From: Ginglymostoma cirratum
Taxonomy: Eukaryota
Assembly (NCBI GenBank): GCA_024137785.1
Contig: JAHRHZ010000050.1
Coordinates: forward strand, 13,480,978 to 13,544,977
Reading direction: 5' to 3'
DNA: 64,000 nt
Shown here in pieces: positions 51,621 to 64,000 of this stretch. The translations under genes were made by a program, and so were the position numbers. Numbering within the stretch: the stretch's first letter is position 1; every line of letters starts with the position of its first letter. The notes beneath the pieces were generated by a model, which did no database searches, had not been told where the DNA came from, and saw only the letters and a program-made list of their open reading frames with translations.

Positions 51621-51722
51621 AGCGGGATTTTCCGTTGTGCTTGATCTAACCATGTGGTTGCAAGGTACGAATAAAACATGGTTCTGTCAAGCACCATGGA
51701 GCGTCACGTCTGCCTTCTACAG
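51621..51722 (+). ncRNA. mir218-1: microRNA mir-218-1 precursor (mature 5p at 51635-51655)
   Basis: Exact miR-218-5p TTGTGCTTGATCTAACCATGT; complementary 3p arm ATGGTTCTGTCAAGCACCATGG (51678-51699); flanks resemble human mir-218-1; sense orientation in the intron after exon 15, the known host position. Confidence 0.98.
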
Positions 51723-52398
51723 CATGCCAAGCTACAAACAATAGAAGTGTCTAGGGAGAGGCAGTGTGCCATACATCTGTGATCAAAGGCCAACAAAGCT
51801 CAGGATGGTAGTTCTACCAGCAGAGGCTCTAAAGACCTAGAGACCAATTTATATTGAAATCATTGCTGATTGAATTTTTCTTCTAATAAAGTGGATAAAA
51901 TGACAGACAACATTTGATGTAGGAAGAAGTAAAAACAAGTGAAAGAACAAATGTAATGATTGTAGCAGATGTGATACTATGGATCTGGAAGTGTTTAGTC
52001 TTTTGGAATTCCGCTCACTATTTCAAATGAATGGCTCAGGTGGGAGCACTAACTTGAATTAGATATGGCTTAGCAACATTATGAGCTAGCTACAGGAATA
52101 GTGAGAAGATCATTAGTTTTGTAGTAGAAATTGCACTAGAAGGGGTCTGCATTGAAAGGTTAACCTGTAAATATTACACCTACTCTTTAAGATCTTGTCT
52201 TTATTGTATGATAAAGTTCAAGATCCAGCTATAATATTTCAGTTTTGCTTTCCATATGGTGTTTGTAAAATCTACCCAAAATTTCCCTGTCTTGCTTTTA
52301 ATTGAGTCTGTGCATATTTCCACTTCTCCTGTTAAAATGTTCGCTTTTCAGTTTGCTGACTTGAATAATCTGCATGTTTTGACTCAAATAATCTGCAG

Positions 52399-52549
52399 GC
52401 ACAGAGGATTACAGATCCAAACTCAGCGGAGACTGCTTCCTGGATCTTGCTTGCCCTGAAAAGTGTCGATGCGAGGGAACCACTGTGGACTGCTCCAATC
52501 AGAGACTTACGAAAATTCCTGATCACATCCCTCAGTACACTGCAGAGTT
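52399..52549 (+). CDS. slit2: Slit2 coding exon (exon 16 orthologue), LRRNT of D3
   Basis: 151 nt, ctgcAG / GTAAGT; [51 protein letters not shown]. Confidence 0.97.
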
Positions 52550-53105
52550 GTAAGTTGGCACAGCAAGCCCACTGCTCCTCCCTCACATGCTTAGTCTTTC
52601 ATGTCTACACTTTGGCAGAGAAATAAAAGGCTAGCATTTATTTAGAAAATCACTTCAGGCAGTAGTACCGACATCTCTTGTGCTGAAAGAAAGAAGGTAC
52701 TCTCAATGGATAAGGGTTGTTGGTTGCACATGATCATCAGAAAAAAGAGGAAAAATAATCATTTAGATGGCTGTTAGCAAGTGTTAAAAACTGTGCTAGT
52801 GTTGGTTAAGCTTTGTAGATGCAATAGAATTTAGATAGTAGTAGCCATGTACTTTGTAGAGACTGATTTTGTTAATCATTAGCCATTATTTTCTCCTGAT
52901 CGTGTGTGCATAACATGTCAAGTCATTAAATACTGAACAAAGTTTGTTTTACCTCTGCACTTCTGAGAGATATTAAATAATATGGAGGCCAATTTCTTGG
53001 TTTGGCCCTTGTGACTTAGAGATAGATGCCATGGGTCTTGCTTGGGAGTTGACGTAGTGGGAATAGTGCACCCATTGTATTAGCCACAGTGACAGCATTG
53101 TCAAG

Positions 53106-53210
53106 TGTGTAAACGACAGGGACAACTTATGAAATGAATAACCTACAGGAGAAGCATACCCAATGTATAACCCATAGGGACAGCATACCCAATGTACAAA
53201 CCATAGGAAT
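53106..53210. repeat. Degenerate 29-bp minisatellite
   Basis: agcatacccaatgtataacccatagggac (53153-53181) then agcatacccaatgtacaaaccataggaat (53182-53210), with more decayed units upstream. Confidence 0.75.
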
Positions 53211-53676
53211 GGCTGATGTAGTTCATGTGATTCATAGGAAGAAATGTACGTAGGTTGCAAATCAAATGGGCTGAATCCCATGCCCAATTTCTGTCGTTCA
53301 AAAGAAAATGTCAAAAGTATGTCCTGGAATTATTGCCCTGTAACACATAATACCTATATTCGAGCTACAGCTGTTCTTCTTTTATTGCAAAAGTGTTTCC
53401 CTTTCACAGAAGTAAACGGAGTGGTCTAATTTTAATTGTTGTCCAAAGGCACTGTATTTCAGGCCCTGTACTTGAAGCCTTTCATCTCAATTGTTCTATT
53501 GGCAACCGCAAGGTGGAACATGAAGCTGAGGCATGAAGTAGGGTTTCACCAACTTTTGCTGGATCTCAGTCAGGGCTAGGGTGAAGGATTGTCAGCCAGG
53601 ACTCCCCATCCTTATTGCATCCTCGTGTCTCCAGCTGGAAAATGCAATTTTGTAGAAGTTGTGAACAATCCTTTTG

Positions 53677-54403
53677 GAAGGTCGAATTTGAGTACAGGGT
53701 CAATGGCAGGATTCTCGGCAGTGTGGAGGAACAGAGGGATCTTGGGGTCCACGTCCATAGATCCCTCAAAGTTGCTACCCAAGTTGATAGGGTTGTAAAG
53801 AAGCCATATGGTGTGTTGGCTTTCATTGGCAGAGGAATTGAGTTTAAGAGCTGTGAGGTTATGCTGCAGCTCTATAAAACTCTGGTTAGACCACACTTGG
53901 AATGTTGTGTTCAGTTCTGGTCACCTCATTATAGGAAAGATATGGAAGCTTTAGAGAGGGTACAGAGGAGATTTACCAGGATGCTGCCTGGACTGTAGGG
54001 CAGGTCTTATGAGGAAAGGTTGAGGGAGCTAAGGCTTTTTTCATTGAAGCGAAGAAGGATGAGAGGTGACTTGATAGAGGTGTACAAGATGATGAGAAGC
54101 ATAGATAGAGTGGATAGTCAGAGACTTTTTCCCAGGGCGGAAATGACTATTACTGGAGGAAAGTATAGGGGAAATGTCAGAGGTAGGTTTTTTACACAGA
54201 GAGTGGTGTCTGTGTGGAATGCGCTGCCGGCAGTGGTAGTGGAGTCAGATACTTTAGAGACTTCTAAGCGACTCTTGGATAGGCACATGGAGGATAGTAA
54301 AATGTAGGGTATGCAGGGTAGATTGATCTTAGTAGGATAATAGGCCGGCACAACATCATGGGCCAAAGAGCCTGTACTGTGTTGTACTGTTGTATGTTCT
54401 ATG
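53677..54403 (+). mobile_element. Young 5'-truncated CR1 LINE
   Basis: ORFs 53615-53998 and 54020-54307: RDLGVHVHRSLKVATQVDRVVKK...LYKTLVRPHLECCVQFWSPHYRKD...FFTQRVVSVWNALP; tail tgttgtatgttctatgtt. Confidence 0.94.
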
Positions 54404-55004
54404 TTTAAAGCCAACTTGTCAAATGGACAATGAATAGTTCCATCAAAATGTGTGCGTAACAATAGCTGAGACTGCTGCCAAGTAAAGATTGCCATAGGGT
54501 TAAAATCGTTAGGAGAAGAGAGAAAGTTGATAATTGAGAGGGTTTTGAATTTTATCATTTCTGCATTGTTCATTCTTTATTCAAGGGTAAGAATGATTCA
54601 ATCAAAATGAACACTGAGAAGGAGAGGTGCTACAACAACTGTCACATGTTCTGTGATTGTAATGGTCCATTTCTGCCTCATGTAGATGATTAGCGTTGAG
54701 GCAAATCAATTCCATGGCCCTCAGTAGACCTTTACTCAGTCTCACATTTCCTTCATGGTAAGCTTTGCACTCCTGGTGGAAGGGAGCATGATTCAATTCC
54801 CCGTTTGGAAGTGAGAGTGACACTGTATTTAGATATCCGTCTGGTTGCATTGTTCAACATTGTATTTATCAAATCTACCTGAAAGAAAGCATCAGATACT
54901 TGTTGGAGAAACTAGAGGTTTGAAGTGTGAAAAGTTTCGGTTAACAAATGCACTTATGAAGAAATTTTTCTGACTTAAGTTTATTTTTCACTTGAACACT
55001 TTAG

Positions 55005-55079
55005 GCGCCTTAATAACAATGAGTTTACAGTTTTGGAAGCCACTGGGATCTTCAAGAAACTCCCTCAGCTCCGTAAAAT
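55005..55079 (+). CDS. slit2: Slit2 coding exon (exon 17 orthologue)
   Basis: 75 nt, ctttAG / GTGAGT; [25 protein letters not shown]. Confidence 0.97.
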
Positions 55080-55882
55080 GTGAGTTGAACTTGAATCTTT
55101 GAGCAGTTTTCCTCTATGCAGCTGGTGGGCAGCTCCCATCTCTATCAACTCTGTTTTGAGAAAGGCATTATTTAAGACAATTACACAAGTGACCTGTAAT
55201 ATGCTGTTAGCATGATTAGTGAGGCATATTGGAGTTAGCCTGTGTGCTAAGCTGCTGCCAAAAGCAGATCTTTGTAAGTTGAGGACAGGCACCTCTCAAA
55301 ATTTCACATTCAGCCAGCTGACCTCTTGTGCTGGCACAGCAGGCACTGCCAGATACCGCAAGCCAAGAGCAAGTTCAACAATCTTCCATCACTTCCTGTG
55401 CAACAGTCCCAAAATAACAGTCACCTTTAACTATATACAGAAAATAGATGCCTCTGATTTTTCAAATGTATTTATTGAAAGAAAAAGATGCCAAAGAGCT
55501 AATTTAGAAAACAGACATTGTTACCAGTATGAACTACTGTTTGAGTATCAGTAAGAATTTAAATTTAGCATTCATTTCCTGCCTTGGACATTAAAAACAG
55601 GGCAGGGGACAAATAAAGTATTTGCAGCTTGTTGATCTGCTCCAAATTCCAACCTGTTACATCAGCAATACTCCAGAATTGTGTTCTGTCACAGGATATA
55701 AATTCCTTCCCAATGTTTTTTTAAAGGGAGAGGCAAGCTTCACTGTGCTATCTGATTATGTTTGTAGAATTTAATTGTTGGCTTTTGAAACCTTCAGCAG
55801 ATTACTAAATGAAAAAGAAAAGCCTTTCACTAAATATTTGGTTCCTATATCCAAATAAGGCAAAGTTTGTATGCTGAAATTT

Positions 55883-56033
55883 GTCAGATACATTAGGGAC
55901 ATTTAAGTGACTCTTGGATAGGCACATGGATGATAGTAAAATGTAGGGTATGCAGGGTAGTTTGATCTTAGAGTAGGATAATAGGTCGGCACAACATCGT
56001 GGGCCGAAGAGCCTGTACTGTTCTATGTTCTGT
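55883..56033 (+). mobile_element. Short CR1 3' end, same subfamily as 53677-54403
   Basis: Near-identical to 54244-54403 (gactcttggataggcacatgga.gatagtaaaatgtagggtatgcagggtag). Confidence 0.9.
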
Positions 56034-56119
56034 GAAAACTGACATTTAAGCCCAGTTCAGGTGAACACTTCCATTTAAGGTTGTGACTTATTGAATTTCT
56101 TCCACACTTTGTCTTTTAG

Positions 56120-56263
56120 AAACTTGAGCAATAATAAGATTACAGATATTGAGGAGGGTGCATTCGAGGGAGCTAGCGGTGTGAATGAATTGTTACTGAC
56201 AGGTAACCGTCTGGAAACTGTGCACCGCAAAATGTTCAAAGGATTGGATAGTCTTAAAACATT
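56120..56263 (+). CDS. slit2: Slit2 coding exon (exon 18 orthologue), two LRRs
   Basis: 144 nt, cttttAG / GTAAGT; [48 protein letters not shown]. Confidence 0.97.
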
Positions 56264-57599
56264 GTAAGTAAAACAGTTTTGCTTTTAATTCTCCATTTTG
56301 CACAACTGGACAAAGTCCCTCACTGTAACTTCTCATAACTGACTCCTAATTTTTCTTTCAGTTTTTTTCACCTAAAGAAAACAGAGTCATAATGGACTTC
56401 ATCATTATCCCCTTGGATGCCCTGCCCAGGTTTTTCCGTGGGTTTAGATAGTCTGCATACATCCTGAAGCTCAGCACTCAATATAAAGAAAGGAATTAGC
56501 AAAGTTTACATTTAATGAGGAAATAAACGTGTACTTTTTAATAGATACATTAAAAAGAATGACCTTTTATTCTCACTATACAATGTCTTACATTATTTGA
56601 GCACTGAATCAAATGGTGATAATGTCACAAAAGTAACATCACAGACGTGGTGTAGGAGGTACTAAATGTAGTTTTAAATTTCTGTTCAGGTTTTAGAAGA
56701 ATAAGTGCATTTGCCTGTTTTATCGTAATTAGCATATTGTTTATGAAAACATGACGTTTGTGCATCCAGTGGAATAGAGTGCTTTTGCACAATTTTCCAT
56801 TTGCTTAATAGAACCCAGGAATGTGTGACACTTCAAAGCCAGCAGGATGATGGAGATTGGATGACTTAAATCCATTGTCCATGGTACTCTGTAAGTGTGA
56901 AAGTGTTTAATGTCAAATCAGCAAATGGGAGTATTTAGTGGTATAATCTTGGATCAGTTGGTTACAAACTTGCTCCTGAATGTGTGCATTAAAATCTTCA
57001 ATGTTGTTATTTCAGTGCAGTGAAAAGGAAAAACTGCATTTTAGGTGTATTATAAACTTGAGACCCTTTCGGGTTGCTCAGGTAAGTGAAAATTGCAAAT
57101 GGGAACTGCTCCTAACGTTTGGTTAACTTTAATTGGTTAACATTATTTGTAACAACACAGATTAATTGATCATTCTATCTTTTACTTCCTTGTGTGCAAA
57201 GTTAACTGCTATATTGGCCGACCATAACAACACTTCAAAAGTAATCAGTTGACTGTAATTCTGGAGACATGGTGAGGGAGTACATGGCCTGAGTTTTCTT
57301 AATGTTGAAGGGGGTCACCAGTTTATTTGAAATATCAGCGGGGCCCTGATTGCCAAATTCCTATGTCTGAAGCTAGCAGTTATCTTTTTGCCAGGGGAAG
57401 AATGAAGGTAGTTTGTGCCTTGCAGAGCCATAGCTCACAGAGGCAACTGCACATATAAAAATGCAAATTCCTTCGACCAGATCCAATTTTCATTAGTAAG
57501 ATGTCCAAAACGTGTCTCGTGGGATTAGACCAATTAGGGGAAGATCCAGAGCTGCCCAAGTTATTTAGCAAGGTGGTGTACTCTTTTGGAAAGGTCCAT

Positions 57600-57680
57600 G
57601 GACACCTTTGGGAGAGGTTAGGTGCCCGTGGGGGGAGATGAGGTGCTCTTTGGGAGAGGTGAGGTACCCTATGGTGGATA
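57600..57680. repeat. Degenerate 21-bp tandem repeat (~4 units)
   Basis: ctttgggagaggttaggtgcc / cgtggggggagatgaggtgct / ctttgggagaggtgaggtacc. Confidence 0.65.
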
Positions 57681-58782
57681 TCAATTCCCATTGGAGTTAG
57701 TAATGTAGAGATACCTGTGTGTAAAAATTGGATAGATTCATTAGAATTGTCTGAATCTCATTGTAACTGTCAAGGAAGCTATTGAGCGAGCTATTGAGAA
57801 GTTGTCAACTTCCAAAAACTTAAAACACTTACAGTGTTAAAAAACATCCCTGATGTTTCACTCTGCCCGTTGACACATAAACCAAAAGGTTTCTGTGATT
57901 TCTGTTCTCAGACCGATTTCACAACCCACTATTGTCACAATAGGATGCCAGTTAGTTCCCAGTTTGATTGACAACGCCAAATGCTTATTGAGTTTTAAAA
58001 TGGTGTTACAAGTACAATGCTTGTTTTTAGAAGTAATTAAGAAGTTGAAGATAATTAACTATGGTGAATGGGTTTTTAATGAATGGAATTTTTCTGAAAA
58101 GTAAATCCATTGGCACTTAGAATTTTTTTTTTCATCTCAGCATGGGTCCTGAGGTCTTCTAATGGTTAATAATGATTGAGTTGACATGTAGGGTGCAGGG
58201 CAAAAGATGGTGGGAGAGGGTATTTTTGGCATGACACGTATGAAGGACGATTGAAGGGGCATAAATTAATATGGAGGAAATGAATAACCATGCGAGTGAA
58301 CCTGGGGCATGGAGTGTACAATGCCATGGGTGTATAGAACCCATAGATTGGCGTGGAGGACGTGAGTGGCTATAGAATATGAGAGGTTACAAGTGAAGGA
58401 AGGTTCTTTTATGGTTTTTCTAAAAGCTGGGATGAAGTCTTAGATTTTTATACCAGGTGTATTCTACAGTCCACCTAACCACCCACAAGCCCGTGTGCCT
58501 GCCTCAGTACTCTTTCTGGGGCAGCATATCTGACTGCATTTAACATCCATGCCATAGCCAAAGTGAGCTTTGACAATCCAGGATACCTTTTGCAAAATTT
58601 AATGTTTGGGTTTGAGCCTTTCATTTCTACACTCTCCACTTGGGAGCAAAAATCCTAGTCTTTAAATACAAATTCTTTCATTCTAGAATTCTTTCCAATA
58701 TTTTACAATGCTTTGCAAGGACCTTACTGTTAACTTTTTTTGCTCGGGCTGTGAGATCTTAAATGAGTGGATACATTTTAAT

Positions 58783-60950
58783 AGATGGAGTCGAATGTGA
58801 GAAAATGTGAACTTATCCACTTTAACAGAAAGATTGGCAAAGTAGCGTATTGTTTAAATGAAGAGAGCTGCAGAACTTTGCATTACAGAGGGATCTGGGT
58901 AACCTGGTCCTTGAATCGTATAAAATTGGTATGCAAGTACAGCAGATGATTAGGAAGACAAATGCATGTTATAATTTATTGCAAGGAGACTGGAATATAA
59001 AAGTAAGAAAGCTCCACTGCACTGAAAGCAACAAATGCTGGAAGTCACAGCAGATCGACAGCAGCCATGAAAAGAGAGCAAGCTAACATTTTGAGTTGAG
59101 ATGATTCTTCAACAGAGCTGAACTGAAGTGTGGAGGGGGCAGCATTTATGCTATAGTTGGGGAGTGGGTGTGGGAGTGGTGGGTGGAGAGTGATGGGGGT
59201 GCAAAAGGATGTTGATAGTTCAAATTAAGTGATCAGACTGTGAGAATGGCAGAACAATGGTGTGTCTAATTGCCAGACCTGAAAGAACAGACAGTCCCAC
59301 CGGGGTGAAGGAGGGCCACATCCGATCTATCACCTGTGCTTCCACCCTTGCCCCTTCCTGTCACTCACAACAGTGTAATCAAGTCCCCCTTGTCCTCACT
59401 TTTCACCCACAGCCTCTGCATTCAAAGGATCACTTTCTGCCAAATCAGACAATTCCATTAGAATGCCGTCACCAAACACATCTTCCCCTCACTCCCCCCG
59501 TTTGCATTTCACAGGGACCATTCCCTCTGGGACACCTTAGTCCATTCTACAATGACTAACACCACCGACCCCCTTCCCACATACCTTCCTATGTAACCAC
59601 AGAAGGTGCAACACCTGCCCCTTCATCTCCTCCCGACTCACCATCCAAGGGCCTAAACAGTCTTTCCAGGTGGAGCAGCGTTTCACCTGTACCTCCTCCA
59701 ATCATCTGTATTGTATTCGCTGCATCCAATGTAGCCTACTCTATTTTGGAGAAACTAAATGGAGACTGGGTGACTGCTTTGCAGAACACCTCCAGTCTGT
59801 GGGCAAGCATAACCTCAACCTTCCTGTAGATGCTTATTTTAACACAGCGTGCTGCCCCCATGCCCATTTGTCTGTCCTCGGCATTCTGCAGTGTTCCAGT
59901 GAATCACAGGGCAAACTGGAGGAACAACATTTCATCTTCAGACAAGGCCCTTTACAGCCTTTTGGACTTAATGTTGGGCTCAGCACCTTCAAATTGTGAA
60001 TGAACTCCTATTTCTTCCCTTTCATTTAGCTTTACTTGTTACATTCTCCATCACCATGTCCTCTCTCCCCTCCGCCCACCCCAGTGGGACTGTCTGTTCT
60101 TTCAAGTCTGGCAGTTAAACACACCATTGTTCTGCCATTCTCACAGTCTGATCACTTAATCTGAACTGTCAACATCTTTTCTCCCCCAGCACTCTACACC
60201 CCATCACTCCCACACCAACTCCCCAACTATAGCATAAATGCTGCCATCTCCACAGTTCGCTTCAGCTCTGCTGAAGAGTCATCTAGACTTGAAACACTTG
60301 CAAGTGCTGCCTGACCCACTGTGATCTCCACCTCTTGTTGTTTTCCATACAGATTCCAGCTTCTGCAATAATTTGCTCCTACAATGTTTTGCTACAGTTG
60401 TATAAGGCTTCTGTGAGACCGCATATAGAGTACTGTATACAGTTTAGTGTCTATATTTAAGAAAGGAAATAATTGTGTGAGAGCAGTTCAAAGAGTGTTT
60501 GCTCAACAGATAACCAGGAGATAAAGGTTTATCTTATGAGGAAAGCTTATACAGGCTGCACCTGTATTAATTGGTGTTTAGAAGATTGAGAGATGATCTT
60601 GTTGAAACTCACAGGATCCTAGGGGGATTTGACAGACTGGATAGAAAGGTTGATTCACCTGTGGGAGACACCAAGACTAGGCAACACAATTTTAAAGTAA
60701 AATGTCTTCCCCATTTAAGATGGAGATGAGGAGAATTTTTTTTTTCTCTCTTCAAGTATCATGAGTCTTTAGAACTCTCTTCTCTAGAGAGCAGTGGAGG
60801 CTGAGTCACTGACTATTTTTTAAGGCAGAGATAGATTGTGACCAACAAGGAAGTCAAAGGCTATCAGGGATAGTTGGGGTTGCAATCAGATCAGCCATGA
60901 TCTTGGTGGGTAATAGAGTCGGCTTGAAGGTCTGAATGGCCTATTCTTCT
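58783..60950 (+). mobile_element. Old CR1 3' region split by a Penelope-like insertion
   Basis: CR1 sequence stops at ...ggaatataaaagtaagaaag (~59011) and resumes as gttttgctacagttgtataaggc (~60386), running to a CR1 3' UTR (gtctgaatggcctattct). Confidence 0.8.
59020..60383 (+). mobile_element. Neptune-type Penelope-like element: GIY-YIG remnant with ~290-bp inverted terminal (pLTR) repeats
   Basis: CNHRRCNTCP linker (~59590-59620); ORF 59670-59999 FTCTSSNHLYCIRCIQCSLLYFGETKWRLGDCFAEH (GIY-YIG); 59020-59307 is the reverse complement of ~60077-60350. Confidence 0.92.
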
Positions 60951-62228
60951 AACTAACCTCTATTCAGATTTGTTAGGAACTTTTTTTTAATTTTCACCAC
61001 AGTGATAACAGTTGTGAGAAATAGCACATATTTTTGAATCCTGCATTTTTTGACATGATTTATATCATTAGATGGATTATAGTACAGGCAGTGATGTTCC
61101 AGGCCTGCAAGACAGGATTTCGAGCAGCCTCAATGAATTAAGTGCCTAATTGGTAATGTGAATCCTGCATCTAATGTCACCCAACCCACCGGTGATATCA
61201 AAGCACCCAACCATCTAATGTGGCACAAGTATCCCATGCCCAGGAGTGGTTATGAATCAGAGGCTGGCAGCTCTCCGGTACCAACAGCACCACTGAGAGT
61301 GCTGGCAAATGCTAGGTCTGTGCTTCACAAGTGGAGGTTTCAAAGAGAGATAAATAATTCGCTATAGAAATTGTGGAGAGAAAAATGCAGACACATTTGG
61401 GGTGGAGAGTTAATGGAAAGGAAAGGGAATAGTTTCCAGTGAACCCTTTCTCATGCCTGAGTCCATGGTAACACTAACCCCGTACTATGTTACAGGCAGA
61501 TCTCACAAGATTTGTGCCCTGCCATTAGTAGAATACCAGCACCATAAGGATGAGACTCTTTGTCAGTGTTTCCCAAGCTCTTTCCTACTCTAGCCCCATT
61601 TTGAGGCTTGAAAATTGTCATGACTCTTCAGTGAGTGTTGGGGCTAGAAGAAAAAAACTTTGGAGGGTAAGGAGAGGGGCGTCAACCATTACTGCCTCAG
61701 AGAGCATGATCCAGAATTTCAGCTCGCAACTCCGCTTAGACCACCAGCACCCCCTCTCTGCAACTCTGAGAAACCCAGTTTTAAGTGGTGTCTTACAGGC
61801 CTCAATTGGCCTTTGGGTGGGAAGGCTGTCCTTGATATTTCCCACCTGGAACTTGGTTGGAGCAAGTCAGAAAGGTGATGGGAATGTCCACCTGACTAAA
61901 CATGCCCCCAGTTCCTAGCCTGCCTCCAGGGTTAATAAAACACCACCATTTGTTAATAACTAGCAAAACAGTTTCCATTTATTTTATCTTGATAAGGGTG
62001 TCCCTTTTGCTTGACGTATTAGGTGCGTGAATTAGAAGGGAACTTGGAGGCATTGGAGTTCCCACGTGTCTTGTTGTTCTAGCTGCTTGCTGTCATAGAT
62101 TGGGGAAAACCAACCGAGAGCAGCTGATAATCAGCTTAGGTCAGTGCTCTCGAAATAAGAACTGAGAAAATTACAGAAAAGAGTTAGTGAAGATCTTCTT
62201 CACTCAGTGGGACTGAACTGATGGGGAT

Positions 62229-62560
62229 GTGGCATGGTCGTGGTAATGTTATCGGTTTAGTAATCCGGAAAACTAGATTAATATTCTGGATACATGAGTT
62301 CAAAACCCACTGTGTTCGGTGTTTAAATTTGAATCGGTAAAATACCTAAAATTAAGATGTAGCCTAATGGGTGATCATGTAACTATTGTCGATTGATGGA
62401 TTACAAAAACCCACTAGTGCCTCTTAGGGAAGGAAATGTGCCATTTTCACTCAGTCTTGCTTAGATGTGACTCCAGTCCCACAACAATGTGGTTAACTCT
62501 CAACTGCTGTCTGGGCAATTAAGGATGGCTGTGAATGCTAGTGCAATGTCCATCGAACAA
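62229..62560 (+). mobile_element. tRNA-derived SINE
   Basis: B-box-like GAGTTCAAAACCC; ttagggaaggaaatgtgcc...gtgactccagtcccacaacaatgtggttaactct is shared with the minus-strand copies at 9140 and 22073. Confidence 0.7.
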
Positions 62561-63450
62561 ATAACAAAAAAGTTCCAGATTATGTCATAAAGGCAGCTGT
62601 AGCCATGGATATTTTCCTGAATGAGTTTTGCTTCAGCTGTAACAGAGGGTAAGACTTTGGAAATGCCTAATCTGCAGAAAATTAATGCTGAGTTTACAAA
62701 TATCATTGCCATTAATCCTTTAGCCTTCTGGCCATAAAGATGCATCTAGTTAAGCCCAGATAGCAAGCAAAAGATCAGAGAATGTATATAAAGCTTTGGA
62801 ACTTTTAAACTGATGACGGGCTGAAGTTTTGTTGATGTGAACTGAACGGTTGGCTTATTATTACAGCTGTAGAATAGGAAGGAGTTGGCATTAAGAAATT
62901 TAGTTCTCCTGGTGTAAGATGTAAATATTGCAACATTGAACCATTACTTGCTTTATCTTTTATAGAAATACAGAAGTATTTTTACTAAGGTGCTGTGATC
63001 CTGTAGTGTCTCAGCTGAGTCAGATGTGCTTTAGGGCATGAATTAATTCCAAAGCACAGGCTTTCTTTTTTATCCACAGATAATGTCATGAAGTTACTCT
63101 GTTCCTATATTTCCAACAAACTCAGCTGTTCCAGAATTACTCTGATATTCATGCAGTCCTGTGGCTTCTCCAGTTCTGTTTAAAGTACTTCCAATCCATG
63201 TGGTAATTTATCTTAGTACAGTAAAATCAATGTCAGTTTGGAGACTGAGGATCGTTGCAATTTCTACAAATACCTTTGGATATTTTGTAACACATTTTAC
63301 ATTTTCAAACCTTCAAGCATTTTTTTTGAGCTAATATTTACTTTCTCACTGTGAAGCACTACAGTTTTAGACACTGTCTGCAGGCTGGATTGTTTCTTGT
63401 ATAATGCTACCTCTCATCATATTGTAATAATTCTGTTTTCTATCCTGCAG

Positions 63451-63594
63451 GATGCTGAGGAGCAATAAAATTGGTTGTGTGAGCAATAACACGTTCACAG
63501 GCCTGAGTTCTGTTCGCCTACTCTCTCTCTATGACAATCAGATAACTACCATTTCTCCAGGAGCATTTGACACTCTCCATTCTCTGTCTACACT
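63451..63594 (+). CDS. slit2: Slit2 coding exon (exon 19 orthologue), two LRRs
   Basis: 144 nt, tcctgcAG / GTAAGT; [48 protein letters not shown]. Confidence 0.97.
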
Positions 63595-64000
63595 GTAAGT
63601 TTTTAGGAGGTATAATGAGAAACCAAAGGAGGGACATTTCAGCAAAGTAGGATTTCATTTTCAGTATTGATGACTTGTGTTCTTTGCATGTATGCCAAAA
63701 CGTTTTAATTTGTGATTTAGTTTTACAAAATAAAACAAGCATTCTTTATGTTTATTCACATATATGAATTTTCTGGCTGAGGGTTTAGTTTCTTGAGGGC
63801 AATGGAACTTTCAATAGGAAATTCATTTTTTGGAAATGACATGTCATCAGTATAATCAGTGTGGCTGTCAGCTCGACAGGGAAACCTATTTGCTCGTGCA
63901 AATAAGTGATGGAGGTCTGGAAATGACACATTAATGAAATGGCCCCTGTAAAGTAAAAATCCAATCTGAGTGTAAGTCACTATCACTTCACCTTTTCGTC

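Noticed and set aside
1083-63594. Assignment of the gene to slit1 or slit3
   Set aside because: The peptides [33 protein letters not shown] and [25 protein letters not shown], plus mir-218-1-type flanks, all indicate slit2.

Overview
Eukaryotic (vertebrate) genomic DNA. The repeat content (CR1, L2, Deu-type SINE, Penelope-like foldbacks) points to a shark or other cartilaginous fish; this is an inference. The whole window lies inside one + strand gene, slit2. I traced 12 canonical exons (orthologous to human exons 8-19, from the end of LRR domain D1 through the Robo-binding D2 into D3) in one continuous frame, including the 24-nt alternative exon AKEQYFIP. There is also a candidate 12-nt microexon with a GC donor (DDDK; human has DEEE) and the intronic mir-218-1 hairpin. 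The introns carry many CR1, L2, Rex/Babar, SINE, Gypsy and Penelope-like remnants, several of them nested. Two observations most deserve follow-up. (1) An unexplained, strongly coding-like ~0.5-kb antisense segment just after exon 15, possibly an endogenous viral element. (2) A family of short foldback insertions with 10-15 bp target-site duplications, built from Penelope terminal repeats that contain minimal hammerhead-ribozyme motifs; in one copy the full-length arm starts exactly at the predicted ribozyme cleavage site. Repeat boundaries are approximate and family names come from motif recognition, not database searches.
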